In this document: positions 1 to 10,317 of the stretch, piece by piece | How the letters are laid out: each line of letters opens with the position of its first letter | How positions within the stretch are numbered: the stretch's first letter is position 1 | Assembly: GCA_050950145.1 (NCBI GenBank) | Contig: JBMNHB010000001.1 | Coordinates: 492,820 to 556,819 of the forward strand | Direction of reading: 5' to 3' | Origin: Candidatus Dojkabacteria bacterium | Lineage (GTDB): Bacteria > Patescibacteriota > Dojkabacteria > SC72 | DNA: 64,000 bases | Made by a program: the position numbers and the translations under genes | The notes under the pieces: model-generated | The model's input: the letters and a program-made list of their open reading frames with translations, nothing else | Database searches by the model: none | What the model was told of the DNA's origin: nothing

Positions 1-998
1 CATACAAGAGATACCAGGTACAAAATGTTTGGAGAGCAGATAATGTGCAAAAAGGTAGATGCAGAGAGTTCACCCAGATGGATATAGATACATTAGGAAG
101 TAGCTCACCTTTTGCAGATGCTGAAATTTTACAATTCGGATTAAACTTTCTAAAAGAACTAGGATTTAAGAAATATCAAGTAAGGATAAATAGTAGAGAA
201 ATAATTCAAGGTATAGTTGATTCTCTCCTACTAGGTCAAAAAAACTTTGAATCTGTATATATAGCCATTGATAAACTTCAGAAAATAGGAGAGGAGAATG
301 TAAAGAAAGAATTAATAGATAAAGGGATTGCAAGTAAAAAGGTTGATTCCCTTTTGGAGATATTAAAACTAAAAAGTATTGATGAAATAGAAAAAGAAAT
401 TTCTCAATCAGAAGCAGGAGAGAAGGGAATTCAGAATGTTAAAGAAATCATCTCTATTCTAAAAGACTCTGGTATAGAGGATGAATATATTAAATTTGAC
501 CTTTCATTAGCAAGAGGACTAGCATCATATACAGGTGCAGTTTGGGAATTTGAAATCATAGATGGTGATGTAGGATCTGTTAGTGGAGGAGGAAGATATG
601 ACAAAGCGGTCAGTAAATATATTGGAAGAGAAGTCCCTGCAACAGGTACATCCTTTGGTTTAGAAAGATTAACTGAAATAATTAAAGATAGAGAAATGTT
701 ACAAGAAAGTAGAAAGAAAAAAGATGTTTTAGTTATCCCTCTAGCAAGTAAAGTTCTTCCTTACACAATGAAAGTCGCAAACAAACTAAGAGAATCTGAT
801 ATTAATTCAAATATTTACCCCAACATTGAGAAATTAAAAAACTCTCTTAAGTATGCAGACAGGAAAAACTACAAATTGGTAATGATAATAGGTGAGGAAG
901 AACAACAAAAAGAAGTTGTACAACTAAAAAACATGAAAACAAAAGAACAACTCTCCCTAAGCATTAACGATGCTATAAAAACAATTTCCAAAAAGTAA
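1..998 (+). CDS. hisS: Histidine--tRNA ligase (5' truncated by the window edge)
   Basis: Motif 2 (WRADNVQKGRCREFTQ.D.D), LARGLASYTG, GGGRYD, motif 3 (GTSFGLERL) and C-terminal anticodon-binding domain. Confidence 0.95.
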   Translation, partial: YKRYQVQNVWRADNVQKGRCREFTQMDIDTLGSSSPFADAEILQFGLNFLKELGFKKYQVRINSREIIQGIVDSLLLGQKNFESVYIAIDKLQKIGEENVKKELIDKGIASKKVDSLLEILKLKSIDEIEKEISQSEAGEKGIQNVKEIISILKDSGIEDEYIKFDLSLARGLASYTGAVWEFEIIDGDVGSVSGGGRYDKAVSKYIGREVPATGTSFGLERLTEIIKDREMLQESRKKKDVLVIPLASKVLPYTMKVANKLRESDINSNIYPNIEKLKNSLKYADRKNYKLVMIIGEEEQQKEVVQLKNMKTKEQLSLSINDAIKTISKK

Positions 999-1032
999 GA
1001 ATTTTGTAAGAACAGAGGTATACCATTTCTGC

Positions 1033-1647
1033 ATGGTTAAGAAAAAAGCAAAAAAGGTATACCTTTTTACAAAAGATTTAGACCTTATTAATAAAATCAG
1101 AAAAAGTGTTTACTCTCTCAAAATCCCTTTAACTTTTCATTTAAACCCTAATAGCTGTAATGAAGATTTTCCTCCAGACATCATAATTACAGATCAAAGA
1201 TTCTTTGAAAGAGATAATGTAACAAACTTAAATACTACTACTAAAATAATATATTTAACAAACAATTCATCACCTGAAAACATTCAAACTATTTTAGAAA
1301 CAGGAGTTGATAATATACTCTTCTGTCCAATTAATTTTAATTATCTTCTTTGTCTAATTAAAAAATATCTCGGAGTATTAAAAACAAATGAATATCGCAA
1401 GCTTAGACATAAAGGAATTACACTATGTAAAGATTCCTCATCTGTAACATACAATGATTGCAAGGTCTATCTTACAAATAGAGAATTCTCAGTAATAGAA
1501 TCAATTATGACTAACAGTAGAAATAGTGAAATTTCAAAAGAAACATTACAAGTAACAGTACATAGAATAAATAAGAAAACAAAAGAGGGAATAGGGCTGA
1601 AACTAATAAAAAATAGAAGAGCAACAGGATATCAGATAGCTATCTAA
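1033..1647 (+). CDS. Degenerate OmpR/PhoB-like regulator (atypical receiver plus winged helix)
   Basis: PDIIITD...LETGVDNIL receiver-like segment; LTNREF...LQVTVHRINKK...RRATGY winged-helix-like C-terminus; canonical acidic pocket and Lys not evident. Confidence 0.55.
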   Translation: MVKKKAKKVYLFTKDLDLINKIRKSVYSLKIPLTFHLNPNSCNEDFPPDIIITDQRFFERDNVTNLNTTTKIIYLTNNSSPENIQTILETGVDNILFCPINFNYLLCLIKKYLGVLKTNEYRKLRHKGITLCKDSSSVTYNDCKVYLTNREFSVIESIMTNSRNSEISKETLQVTVHRINKKTKEGIGLKLIKNRRATGYQIAI

Positions 1648-4247
1648 ATCTTCTTTTTCCACTCAACAATCTTCTTCAATGCTTCAAGTGGGGTCAAGTT
1701 GTCAGTATCAAGTTTTTGAATCTCCCTTTCAACTTCTGAATCCTTTGCAGAAAAGAGAGGATATTGAACTGCATTAATCTTAGATTTAGCTTTTTCTTCT
1801 TTTGTTACAAAAGATATTTCTCTAACTCCTTTTTTAGATGCAAACATATTCTTCTGTTCAAAGCTTTCTAGAATTTCATTAGCTCTTTTAATAATCTTCT
1901 CTGGTAAACCTGCCATTTTAGCAACATATATTCCATAACTTCTATCTGTTCCACCTTCAACTATTTTTCTTAAAAATATTACTTCTCCTTTTTCTAAATC
2001 TTCTTCTACTAAAACATTGTAGTTACTAACAGCATCTGGGAATTTCTCCGAAAGTTTAAGAAGCTCATGATAATGAGTAGCAAAAAGAGTTCTCGCTTTA
2101 AGTTCATTAGTTATATACTCTGCTAGTGCCCATGCGATACTAACTCCATCATATGTGCTTGTACCTCTACCAACCTCATCAAGAACAATTAGACTATACT
2201 TTGTAGCATTGTTAATAATGTTAGCAGCTTCATCCATTTCTACCATGAAAGTACTTCTCCCCCTAGACAAATCATCAGATGCACCAACTCTTGTAAAGAT
2301 TCTATCTACAATTGATATAGATGCACTCTGTGCAGGAACAAAAGAACCTATCTGAGCCATCAGAACAATTGTTGCAACTTGTCTGATATATGTGGACTTA
2401 CCAGACATATTAGGACCAGTTAAAATACACATACCACCTTTTGTTAAAGATAATTCAGTGTCATTTGAGATAAAATCCTCAGAGCTTAGAGATTCTACAA
2501 TTGGATGTCTGCCTTTTTCTATCTTAATAATCCCATCATTCTCTCCCATTTCAAAAATCTCTGGTTTAACATAGTCTAAATCTCTAGCCACATATGCGAA
2601 ATTGGATAAGACATCAATCTTTGCTATCACTTGAGAAAGCTTCTGTAATTTTTCTAAACTAGGAAGAAGAGATTCTCTAAATTCATTAAACAATTGATAC
2701 TCCAAAGCAGAAAGATTATCATGTGCATTCAAAATAATATCCTCTCTCTCTTTTAGTTCTTCTGTAATATATCTTTCAGAATTAACTAATGTCTGTTTCC
2801 TAATATATCTATCAGGTACTTTATCAAAATGCGTCTTTGTAACTTCAATATAATAACCAAAGACATTGTTAAATCCAATTTTCAAGGAAGGAATTTCTGT
2901 TTCTTTTTTCTCCTTCTCCTCAAATTCCTTCAACCATTCTTTACTATCACCTGAAAGGGATCTTAATCTATCAACCTCATCATTAAAACCTTTATTAATT
3001 ATCCCTCCCTCAGTTATCGCCAAAGGTGGATCTTCTACAAATGTTCTATTAATCTTTTTTGCTAATTCATTAAAGAAATCTCTATCTAAATCTTTCTCCT
3101 TAATCTTCAACTTCTTCTCTGCTAGTTCCAAAATCTCAATAGAGTTAAGGAGAGACACCTCAAGTGCTTTAATATCCCTTGCATTAACTCTGTTAAGACC
3201 AATCTTTCCAACAATTCTTTCAATATCATTAATACCATCAAGTTTCTCTCTTACTTCATTAAGAACATCTTCATTCTCAAAAAACTTTTCTACAACATTT
3301 AACCTTTCATCTACCTCCTTCTTATTTATCAATGGATTAAGAATCCAAGAGTAGAGTAGTCTAGTACCCATTCTAGTATTTGTTCTGTTCAAAACAGAAA
3401 AGAGAGAACCTTCAATCCCTCCGCTATATGCATTTGAAACTAACTCAAGATTTCGAATAGTAGCTCTATCTAGAATCATTGTACTATCCAAAGAAACTCT
3501 TTTAGGTTTAAGAATATGAGTAGGATTCATTAATTGTGTTTCCTCTATATGTTTAAGAATCATTGCAACAGGAACAACAGATTCTGAATCTTTTTCTAAA
3601 CCAATAGATTCTACATTTTTCAGATTGTAAAAATCCTTAACTAATTCTTCACTAAATTGAATGTTTTTTAGACCTTTATCTAAAAACTGAACAGGTAGGT
3701 GATTAAGATTTTCATTACTCTCTCCCTCAATCAAAAGAATTTCTACTGGATTGTAAGCAGAGAGAACAGAGTTAATATATCCATTTCCTTTGCCTTCATT
3801 AAGTAGAAGAAACTCTCCTGTTGAAATATCTGCTAGTGAAACAAAAACATTTTTCTTAGAGAAATGAAAAGCTGCAAGATACGAGTTGTGAACAGCATTT
3901 GCTTGATCACCGTCTACAGTTCCAGGAGTAACAATTCTAACAACACCTCTTTTTACAATGCCTTTTGCTAACTTCGGATCTTCTAACTGATCTACAACTA
4001 CAACACAATGACCAGCTTCTATAAACTTAGGAAGATATTGGTCAATTGCTTTGTGTGGAAATCCTGCAAGAGCAGTTGCATTAGCCTTCTTATCTCTCTT
4101 TGTAAGAGTGATATTCAAAACCTTAGATGCAATTTTAGCATCCTCTCCAAAGGTCTCAAAAAAATCACCCATTCTAAAAAGGACTATCTTGTCAGGATAC
4201 TGCCTCTTAAAACCTAAAAACTGTCTCATCATCGGAGTCTCTCCCAT
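1644..4247 (-). CDS. mutS: DNA mismatch repair protein MutS (start moved to ATG at 4247)
   Basis: TPMMRQF, FRMGDFFETF, Walker A TGPNMSGKST, STFMVEM, DEVGRGTST and ATHYHEL; TGG-TATACT -10 box 7 nt before the ATG. Confidence 0.97.
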   Translation of the reverse strand: MGETPMMRQFLGFKRQYPDKIVLFRMGDFFETFGEDAKIASKVLNITLTKRDKKANATALAGFPHKAIDQYLPKFIEAGHCVVVVDQLEDPKLAKGIVKRGVVRIVTPGTVDGDQANAVHNSYLAAFHFSKKNVFVSLADISTGEFLLLNEGKGNGYINSVLSAYNPVEILLIEGESNENLNHLPVQFLDKGLKNIQFSEELVKDFYNLKNVESIGLEKDSESVVPVAMILKHIEETQLMNPTHILKPKRVSLDSTMILDRATIRNLELVSNAYSGGIEGSLFSVLNRTNTRMGTRLLYSWILNPLINKKEVDERLNVVEKFFENEDVLNEVREKLDGINDIERIVGKIGLNRVNARDIKALEVSLLNSIEILELAEKKLKIKEKDLDRDFFNELAKKINRTFVEDPPLAITEGGIINKGFNDEVDRLRSLSGDSKEWLKEFEEKEKKETEIPSLKIGFNNVFGYYIEVTKTHFDKVPDRYIRKQTLVNSERYITEELKEREDIILNAHDNLSALEYQLFNEFRESLLPSLEKLQKLSQVIAKIDVLSNFAYVARDLDYVKPEIFEMGENDGIIKIEKGRHPIVESLSSEDFISNDTELSLTKGGMCILTGPNMSGKSTYIRQVATIVLMAQIGSFVPAQSASISIVDRIFTRVGASDDLSRGRSTFMVEMDEAANIINNATKYSLIVLDEVGRGTSTYDGVSIAWALAEYITNELKARTLFATHYHELLKLSEKFPDAVSNYNVLVEEDLEKGEVIFLRKIVEGGTDRSYGIYVAKMAGLPEKIIKRANEILESFEQKNMFASKKGVREISFVTKEEKAKSKINAVQYPLFSAKDSEVEREIQKLDTDNLTPLEALKKIVEWKKKI

Positions 4248-4269
4248 ATCTTGTAGTATACCACAACAC

Positions 4270-4302
4270 AACAGGTCTGACCTAGGTCTGCCCCTAGTTA
4301 AT
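4270..4302. repeat. REP-like inverted repeat, left of RAYT
   Basis: AACAGGTCTGACCTAGGTCTGCCCCTAGTTAAT is the reverse complement of 4800-4832 with 2 mismatches; internal palindrome GACCTAGGTC. Confidence 0.9.
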
Positions 4303-4336
4303 CTAGATTTAATAATTATGTGAGAAAATCAAAACC

Positions 4337-4792
4337 ATGAGAAAAGAAAAGGTTGAACAACTTTATAGAAGAAGTGGCTATTACCATATCTATAACCGTG
4401 GTAATAGGAAACAGGATATCTTTTTAAGAGAGAAGGATTACAAAATCTTTATAAACCTTTTGTATAAATACTTGAAAAAGAAAAGACTTTTATTAATCGG
4501 GTATTGCCTTATGCCAAATCACTTCCACTTAATAATAAAAAATGGAGCAGATGTAAGAGCAATTCCCCACTTCATGCAGTGTTTTATGACAGCTTATGTA
4601 ATGTACTTTAATCGTCATTATAAAAAAGTTGGACACTTGTTTCAGTCTCCTTTCCAAGCAAAAAGATTACCGAAGATAAGAGATCTGGAAAATGCAAAAA
4701 GATATTTAGAACTTAACCCATTTGAAGCTGGAATACCTATCCAAAAGATAGAAGAAGGATATAAATGGCTATATCTCAGAAAGGAAAAATGA
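4337..4792 (+). mobile_element. REP-associated tyrosine transposase (RAYT/TnpA-REP, Y1 HUH family)
   Basis: YHIYNRGNRKQDIF, LMPNHFHL (HUH), GHLFQSPF and RYLELNP (catalytic Tyr); flanked by inverted palindromic repeats. Confidence 0.92.
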
Positions 4793-4799
4793 AAAATAA

Positions 4800-4832
4800 A
4801 TTAACGCGGGGCAGACCTAGGTCAGACCTGTT
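4800..4832. repeat. REP-like inverted repeat, right of RAYT
   Basis: ATTAACGCGGGGCAGACCTAGGTCAGACCTGTT, inverted relative to 4270-4302. Confidence 0.9.
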
Positions 4833-7374
4833 ATTTACCGAGGATTATGCGACCTTCTTCATCTGCTACAACCTTTCTAGCCTCTCGTATATCTTCTGGT
4901 GTAACAGCAACACCATAAACTCCTGTTTGTACAGAGTACTTCAGAAGAGGTTTACTGTTCTCCACAACAACTATCACCTTCCCAGCCTTATCTCGAACAG
5001 AAGTTGTAATATTATCTAAAACCTTAAACACACTTGATCTTGCCAAGTCATATTTCGCATTCTTCTCATCAACCTTAAACCCTTGCATCTGTCTCGCCAC
5101 TCTAGGTGTATTCAAAATCACACCATCAATCTTTGTATTCAAAATTTCATCAATCAATATAACTTCAGAAGGATTATCTAATACAACATACATATTGAAA
5201 GAGGACATCCTTCTTAATTTCTCACCTGAAAGCAACTTCTTTATCTCTTTCATAACATCCTCATTCATTGGAGCATGGATACCCAAAGAAACATTTCTCT
5301 TTTTATGCACATTCCTAATTCTACGAATAATTCTTGCAACTCTTCGTAACAACTCAGGGTTAGCAATATAGTGAACAGCACCATAAGCTTCAGCAGACAG
5401 AGATTCATCTTCAAATTTTTTCCCACCAACCAATCCTCTAAATTCCTTAACCTTAGAAGAACCGATTGTGATAACAACCTCATCTCCTTTAACTAAATTT
5501 ACATATTCTAAAATCTTCTCACAAATTTTCTTAGTATAGTCAACAAATTTTTTATCATTCACATACTGCAAAATATGTCTTCCATCCTCAACCATTATCT
5601 TATCCAAATCTATATACACAATCCCATTAGAATCTCCAACATAGTCAAACAGTTTCTTAGAATCTCTATCAACCATAGAAAATACTTTAGTAGCAGTAGG
5701 TGGCAATGTAATATCCTTAGGTGGGGTAGAAGTATCCTCATTTTCCAACTCAATCTTTTCCCTATCCTCAGCAGTAACCTCACCTTTAGCATACGCTCCA
5801 GCAACAGGATGTAATTCTTTCTCCAATTCCTTTTCTAACTTCTCGCTCTTGTATACAGTTCCTGAATTCCCATCAAGCTTTACAAAATCCCCATTTCGCA
5901 ACAGTGAAGACGCAGAAGTCGCACCTACAACTGCAGGAATCTTAAACTCCCTACAAAGAATCGCTGTATCACTTGTTAAACCTCCAGTCTCCATCAAAAC
6001 ACCTCCAGAAGAAAGAATCATACCTTCCATCTCGGAAGAATACTTCTTAATCAAAAGAATATCTGATTTCGTAAACTTCTTGTCCACAGGTGCATCTACA
6101 ATATTAATCTTACCAGTAACAATTCCAAAACTTGCTCCAATTCCTGATATAACGAAATCCTCCTTCTTTGTTTCCTCCTTAACTAACTCTGTATCTAATT
6201 CTTTCTTTGCTTGGTATATTAATTCCTCAAGCCTCTTAATGTCTTCATCGTTGCTCTTTTTAATTATCTTTTTAGCTTCCGTCATAGCAGATGAAACCAT
6301 TTCATCTTTACTCTCATATTTCTCAATAAAACCTAAAATCTCTTCTCTAATATTTGCTCTAACAATTAAAACTCCTTCATTCTGAATCTTATAATCCAAA
6401 GACTTGTACCTAACTGGCTTATTCTGCAAAACCCAAAATCTTCCACCAGAGAGAACCCACTCAACATTTTGAGGTTCATTACTCTTATCCTCAATCACTA
6501 ATGCAATTTTTGAAATCTCTTCAATATCTTTATCTGACAGTTTCTGTTTATGACTCCACCCTTTAGAAATCTTTATCTTCTCAATGCCCTGAGCCCCTTT
6601 CTTCGCCTGTTTCATTGTTCTTACCTTCATCCACTCCTGTGGAGCAATATGTTTTTCAACAGTAGACAAATCTCTCTTATTAAGAAGATATGTATCTGGA
6701 GTAATCTCACCTAGAGAAATTACATCACCCAATCCATACACAGCCTCAATATTTAGTTTAGTATTATCTTGAGAAATTGGATCTACAGTATATACAATTC
6801 CAGCAACTTCTGATTGAACCATTTTCTGTACAACCACAGCCATTTTTACATCAGAGATATCTACATTCATCCTACTAGCATAAGCAACAACATCATCACA
6901 AAACATTGAAGAAAATATTCGTTTGATAGAAGGAAGAAGTTCATCATATTTCCTAACATTTAACTCCGTAGAAAAAACACCTGTAAAAGAAACTTCCTTA
7001 TCTGCGGGAAAAACAACTGAAGACCTAACTGATACCCAAGCATCTGTAAATCCAGACAATCTAGTATACGCAGAAAGTATCTCTTCCTGTACCGATTTCT
7101 CAAAAGACTCACCAAGCATTACAGCCTCAACTTCTCTCGCTTCAGGATTTTTCCCTTTTGCTAATAATTTACCTTTACTGTTTTTAAAAACTTTTAATGC
7201 ATGTTTAACAAAAACCTCACTTGAAACAACAAAGAACTCTGGGACAGGGACGTCCATATCCTTAAGCCTAAAAAGACTCAATCCTTTTCGTCCAATCTTA
7301 TCTTCATTAAGCTCTTTAGCTGAATAATCTTCAAAGAAGTATACATTTGTCTTGTTTGAGCTCTCGCTACTCAT
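4831..7374 (-). CDS. PEP synthase/pyruvate,water dikinase-like protein with degenerate catalytic motifs
   Basis: PPDK N-terminal (VRSS, VVVQKMV, EAVYGLG), swivel and C-terminal domains in PpsA order; phospho-His motif reads GGLTSDTAILCRE. Confidence 0.8.
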   Translation of the reverse strand: MSSESSNKTNVYFFEDYSAKELNEDKIGRKGLSLFRLKDMDVPVPEFFVVSSEVFVKHALKVFKNSKGKLLAKGKNPEAREVEAVMLGESFEKSVQEEILSAYTRLSGFTDAWVSVRSSVVFPADKEVSFTGVFSTELNVRKYDELLPSIKRIFSSMFCDDVVAYASRMNVDISDVKMAVVVQKMVQSEVAGIVYTVDPISQDNTKLNIEAVYGLGDVISLGEITPDTYLLNKRDLSTVEKHIAPQEWMKVRTMKQAKKGAQGIEKIKISKGWSHKQKLSDKDIEEISKIALVIEDKSNEPQNVEWVLSGGRFWVLQNKPVRYKSLDYKIQNEGVLIVRANIREEILGFIEKYESKDEMVSSAMTEAKKIIKKSNDEDIKRLEELIYQAKKELDTELVKEETKKEDFVISGIGASFGIVTGKINIVDAPVDKKFTKSDILLIKKYSSEMEGMILSSGGVLMETGGLTSDTAILCREFKIPAVVGATSASSLLRNGDFVKLDGNSGTVYKSEKLEKELEKELHPVAGAYAKGEVTAEDREKIELENEDTSTPPKDITLPPTATKVFSMVDRDSKKLFDYVGDSNGIVYIDLDKIMVEDGRHILQYVNDKKFVDYTKKICEKILEYVNLVKGDEVVITIGSSKVKEFRGLVGGKKFEDESLSAEAYGAVHYIANPELLRRVARIIRRIRNVHKKRNVSLGIHAPMNEDVMKEIKKLLSGEKLRRMSSFNMYVVLDNPSEVILIDEILNTKIDGVILNTPRVARQMQGFKVDEKNAKYDLARSSVFKVLDNITTSVRDKAGKVIVVVENSKPLLKYSVQTGVYGVAVTPEDIREARKVVADEEGRIILGK

Positions 7375-7406
7375 TGTATAGGGCAGTACAAAACTTAAAT
7401 CATTTC

Positions 7407-8510
7407 CTAATTAACGATACCTTTAGCTTCTAGTTTTTGCAAGTCTATATAGAATTCATAAAGAATTTTAATTAAAACAATAAAAGGAACTGCAATAACA
7501 GCACCAAGAGGACCTGCTAAGATTAATAGGATAATAACACCTATCATTATATAGAAAGGTTTAACACCAACAACATTACCCATAACCTTTGGAATAATGA
7601 GATTGTTTTCAACTTGCTGGTACAAAACCATCAAAACCAAAATTATAATAGCATTAATAGGTCCAACAGTAATTAAAGAAACAATACCAACAGCAAGCCC
7701 TGCTAAAGTTGCACCAATACTTGGAATTGCATCCATTATTCCAACAAAAACAGCAAGAGGTATTGCGAATGGTACTTTAAATAACGAAAGAATGATTGCA
7801 GAAAATAGGGTAGCAATAAGACTAACAGTACCTTGACCCAAAACCCAGCTCCCCAGTTTATCTTCCACTTCCTCTATCAGTTTTTTCACTCTCTCTGTTT
7901 TCTCCTTAGACCTAATTCTCATAAACAAGACATCTGCTAAAGAATCATGCTCTGCAACTAAATAAATTGACAAAACCGTAGCAGAAAGAAATGTAGTAAA
8001 ACTATTAAATACTCCACCAACAGCAGAAGTAACATTCTTAACACTATCTGATGTTGTAAGAGATTTCAGACTATCTGAAATTGTTTTCTCAACAGAGTGT
8101 ACATCAATAGTAACACCACCAATATTTACACCATTAAGAAAATCAAGTAACTTTGCAATCCAATCAGGCAAAGTATTAATTAACCCTCCAACCTGATTTA
8201 TAAATGGAACAATAATTATGGATAAAATAATGACAATAAAGACCAGAAGGGAAAAATAAGAAAGAAATATGGCCCAACCTTTAGTCACTTTCTGTTTCAT
8301 AAACCAACCAACAATAGGGCGCATAGTACACATAAATACAAAGGAAAGCATTAAGAAGAGAACTATTGATACTAACTGCTTACCAAAAAACACAACAGCT
8401 AAAACAAAAAAAATCAAAGCTAAAAGAGTAGGGGATAGATCTATAAGAACTCTTCTAGGTTCTCCACCCCCATAACTCTCTTTAGTATCAACAGAGTAAA
8501 CTTTTGCCAT
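7407..8510 (-). CDS. AI-2E (PerM) family transporter
   Basis: Multiple TM helices; IPSIG and QQVENNLIIPKVMG...P motifs. Confidence 0.85.
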   Translation of the reverse strand: MAKVYSVDTKESYGGGEPRRVLIDLSPTLLALIFFVLAVVFFGKQLVSIVLFLMLSFVFMCTMRPIVGWFMKQKVTKGWAIFLSYFSLLVFIVIILSIIIVPFINQVGGLINTLPDWIAKLLDFLNGVNIGGVTIDVHSVEKTISDSLKSLTTSDSVKNVTSAVGGVFNSFTTFLSATVLSIYLVAEHDSLADVLFMRIRSKEKTERVKKLIEEVEDKLGSWVLGQGTVSLIATLFSAIILSLFKVPFAIPLAVFVGIMDAIPSIGATLAGLAVGIVSLITVGPINAIIILVLMVLYQQVENNLIIPKVMGNVVGVKPFYIMIGVIILLILAGPLGAVIAVPFIVLIKILYEFYIDLQKLEAKGIVN

Positions 8511-8559
8511 ATGTGGTATTAATTGCTTATATTATCTCTACAATAATACCACAATTTTA

Positions 8560-9498
8560 CTATGCTATTCTATTCCTTTTAAAAACAATTACACCTGACG
8601 ATACAAGAAATGCTACTAAAGCTAATAAACCAAGTATTGCCATCATCTTTCCATCTCTGATAATAGATAGCGCTAACTCTAATTCTCCTGCTGCCACTGG
8701 TAAATCCGAATCAATAACTGCATTACCATTTACAGAACTATGTTCTGAATATATAACGGAAACCTTCTCTTCAACTTCCCTGGTATTTCCAGCTTCATCT
8801 TTTAACACAACAGAATATACATTTACACCATCTTCTCTTAAAGTAATATCTTTAATAACAAACATACCATCTTCTCCAACTTCAGTCTCATAAACATCTG
8901 TACCTCTCTTTACAATTACAGAAGTACTTGGTTCTCCCTCTCCTGTTATTGCAAAAGTCTCAGTACCTACCTCTTCTAGATAATTAATTTTTGCTAATTC
9001 TGGTGCTGTTCTATCAACTGTAACAACTATTGGATCTGACTTTGGAGTTGTAGTCTTCTTAAAGCAACCTTTAAGAGCTGCTGTTGAAAGAATATACTTA
9101 CCCTCATCTTCAATTTTATGTTTATATTCATATTTTCCATCCTTATTTATCCTCACCGTTTTTACTAATTCATTATCTAAGTAAATCTGTGCTCTCTTGT
9201 AACCAGAAGCCTCACCCTTAACAATTATCTCCTCACCATTAACTGCAAGTGGAGTTTCAGCTAAAGATGGAGGTGTCAATGTTTCATCAAGTACTGGATT
9301 CTTCTCTCCCTTAACAAAGGAGAAAACACCATATCCTATTAGCAACAAACCAATAACAATAAACAGTGTTCCTATAAGTCTTGAAAGAGATCTATCTTTG
9401 ATATCTTTGATCTCTACTTTAGAGAGCATAGAACCCTTGGAAGAATTTACTTTTTTGGCAGTTACTTTCTTGGCAGATTTGTTTTTTTTCTTTGCCAC
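8560..9498 (-). CDS. Surface protein with Ig-like repeats and a candidate sortase sorting signal
   Basis: N-terminal TM; VDRTAP and DEAGN Ig-like motifs; C-terminal LPVAAG followed by a hydrophobic helix and KRNR tail; divergent from a sortase gene. Confidence 0.65.
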   Translation of the reverse strand: MAKKKNKSAKKVTAKKVNSSKGSMLSKVEIKDIKDRSLSRLIGTLFIVIGLLLIGYGVFSFVKGEKNPVLDETLTPPSLAETPLAVNGEEIIVKGEASGYKRAQIYLDNELVKTVRINKDGKYEYKHKIEDEGKYILSTAALKGCFKKTTTPKSDPIVVTVDRTAPELAKINYLEEVGTETFAITGEGEPSTSVIVKRGTDVYETEVGEDGMFVIKDITLREDGVNVYSVVLKDEAGNTREVEEKVSVIYSEHSSVNGNAVIDSDLPVAAGELELALSIIRDGKMMAILGLLALVAFLVSSGVIVFKRNRIA

Positions 9499-9599
9499 TT
9501 TTAACCCATATTAAAATTTATATACTAGGTAATTTAGAATAATATAATTTCAGGAATAATGCAACTATTTATAAAATTTAGTAGAATAACAATAGATTT

Positions 9600-10286
9600 A
9601 TGAAAAAACCAATTAAAATCATATTAACTCTTTTCCTCATACTATTGGTTCTTACACCAATATTCTTTTTCATCACATATCCTTTCTACAATGATATCGC
9701 TCTAAAGCTTAAAAATTTAAATATATATGACAGAACAAAAGAAACATTTATCACCTTACTTACAACAATATCTCCAACACCTGATAAGTTTAAAACAGAA
9801 GAGTTTTCAGCTAATTCAATTGAAGAATCTATCAAGTCTACAGATATAATTCTTGATACTAAATTACTTGAAGAACTAAATACAACATTAAGCATTGACA
9901 ATGTACTAATTGAAGGAAGAGTATTTCAAGGAACATCTTCACAAACAATGGACTTAGGATTTTGGCATTTTCCAATCTCAAAATATCCAGGACAGAAAGG
10001 AAATGCAGTGATAATAGGGCACAGATTTCTTAATTTACCTCCAGCAAAAGATACTTTCTTCAATCTAGACAAAGTTAAAATAGGAGACGAAATTGTATTA
10101 AAACATGATGAGGGAGAGTGGAAATATATTGTAACTGAAACTAACATTGTGGATGAGAATGACATCTCTGTAGTAAAAGATACTGATGACTACAGACTGA
10201 CCTTAATTACATGTACACCATTATGGACATCAGAGAAGAGGTTGGTTGTAATTGCTAAGCTAGACAAACTATACCAAAAAGTGTAG
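9600..10286 (+). CDS. Sortase
   Basis: N-terminal TM; GNAVIIGHR and LTLITCTP...RLVV give the His/Cys/Arg triad. Confidence 0.92.
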   Translation: MKKPIKIILTLFLILLVLTPIFFFITYPFYNDIALKLKNLNIYDRTKETFITLLTTISPTPDKFKTEEFSANSIEESIKSTDIILDTKLLEELNTTLSIDNVLIEGRVFQGTSSQTMDLGFWHFPISKYPGQKGNAVIIGHRFLNLPPAKDTFFNLDKVKIGDEIVLKHDEGEWKYIVTETNIVDENDISVVKDTDDYRLTLITCTPLWTSEKRLVVIAKLDKLYQKV

Positions 10287-10317
10287 AATTACAGCGATAA
10301 TTTAATAGAAATATCTC

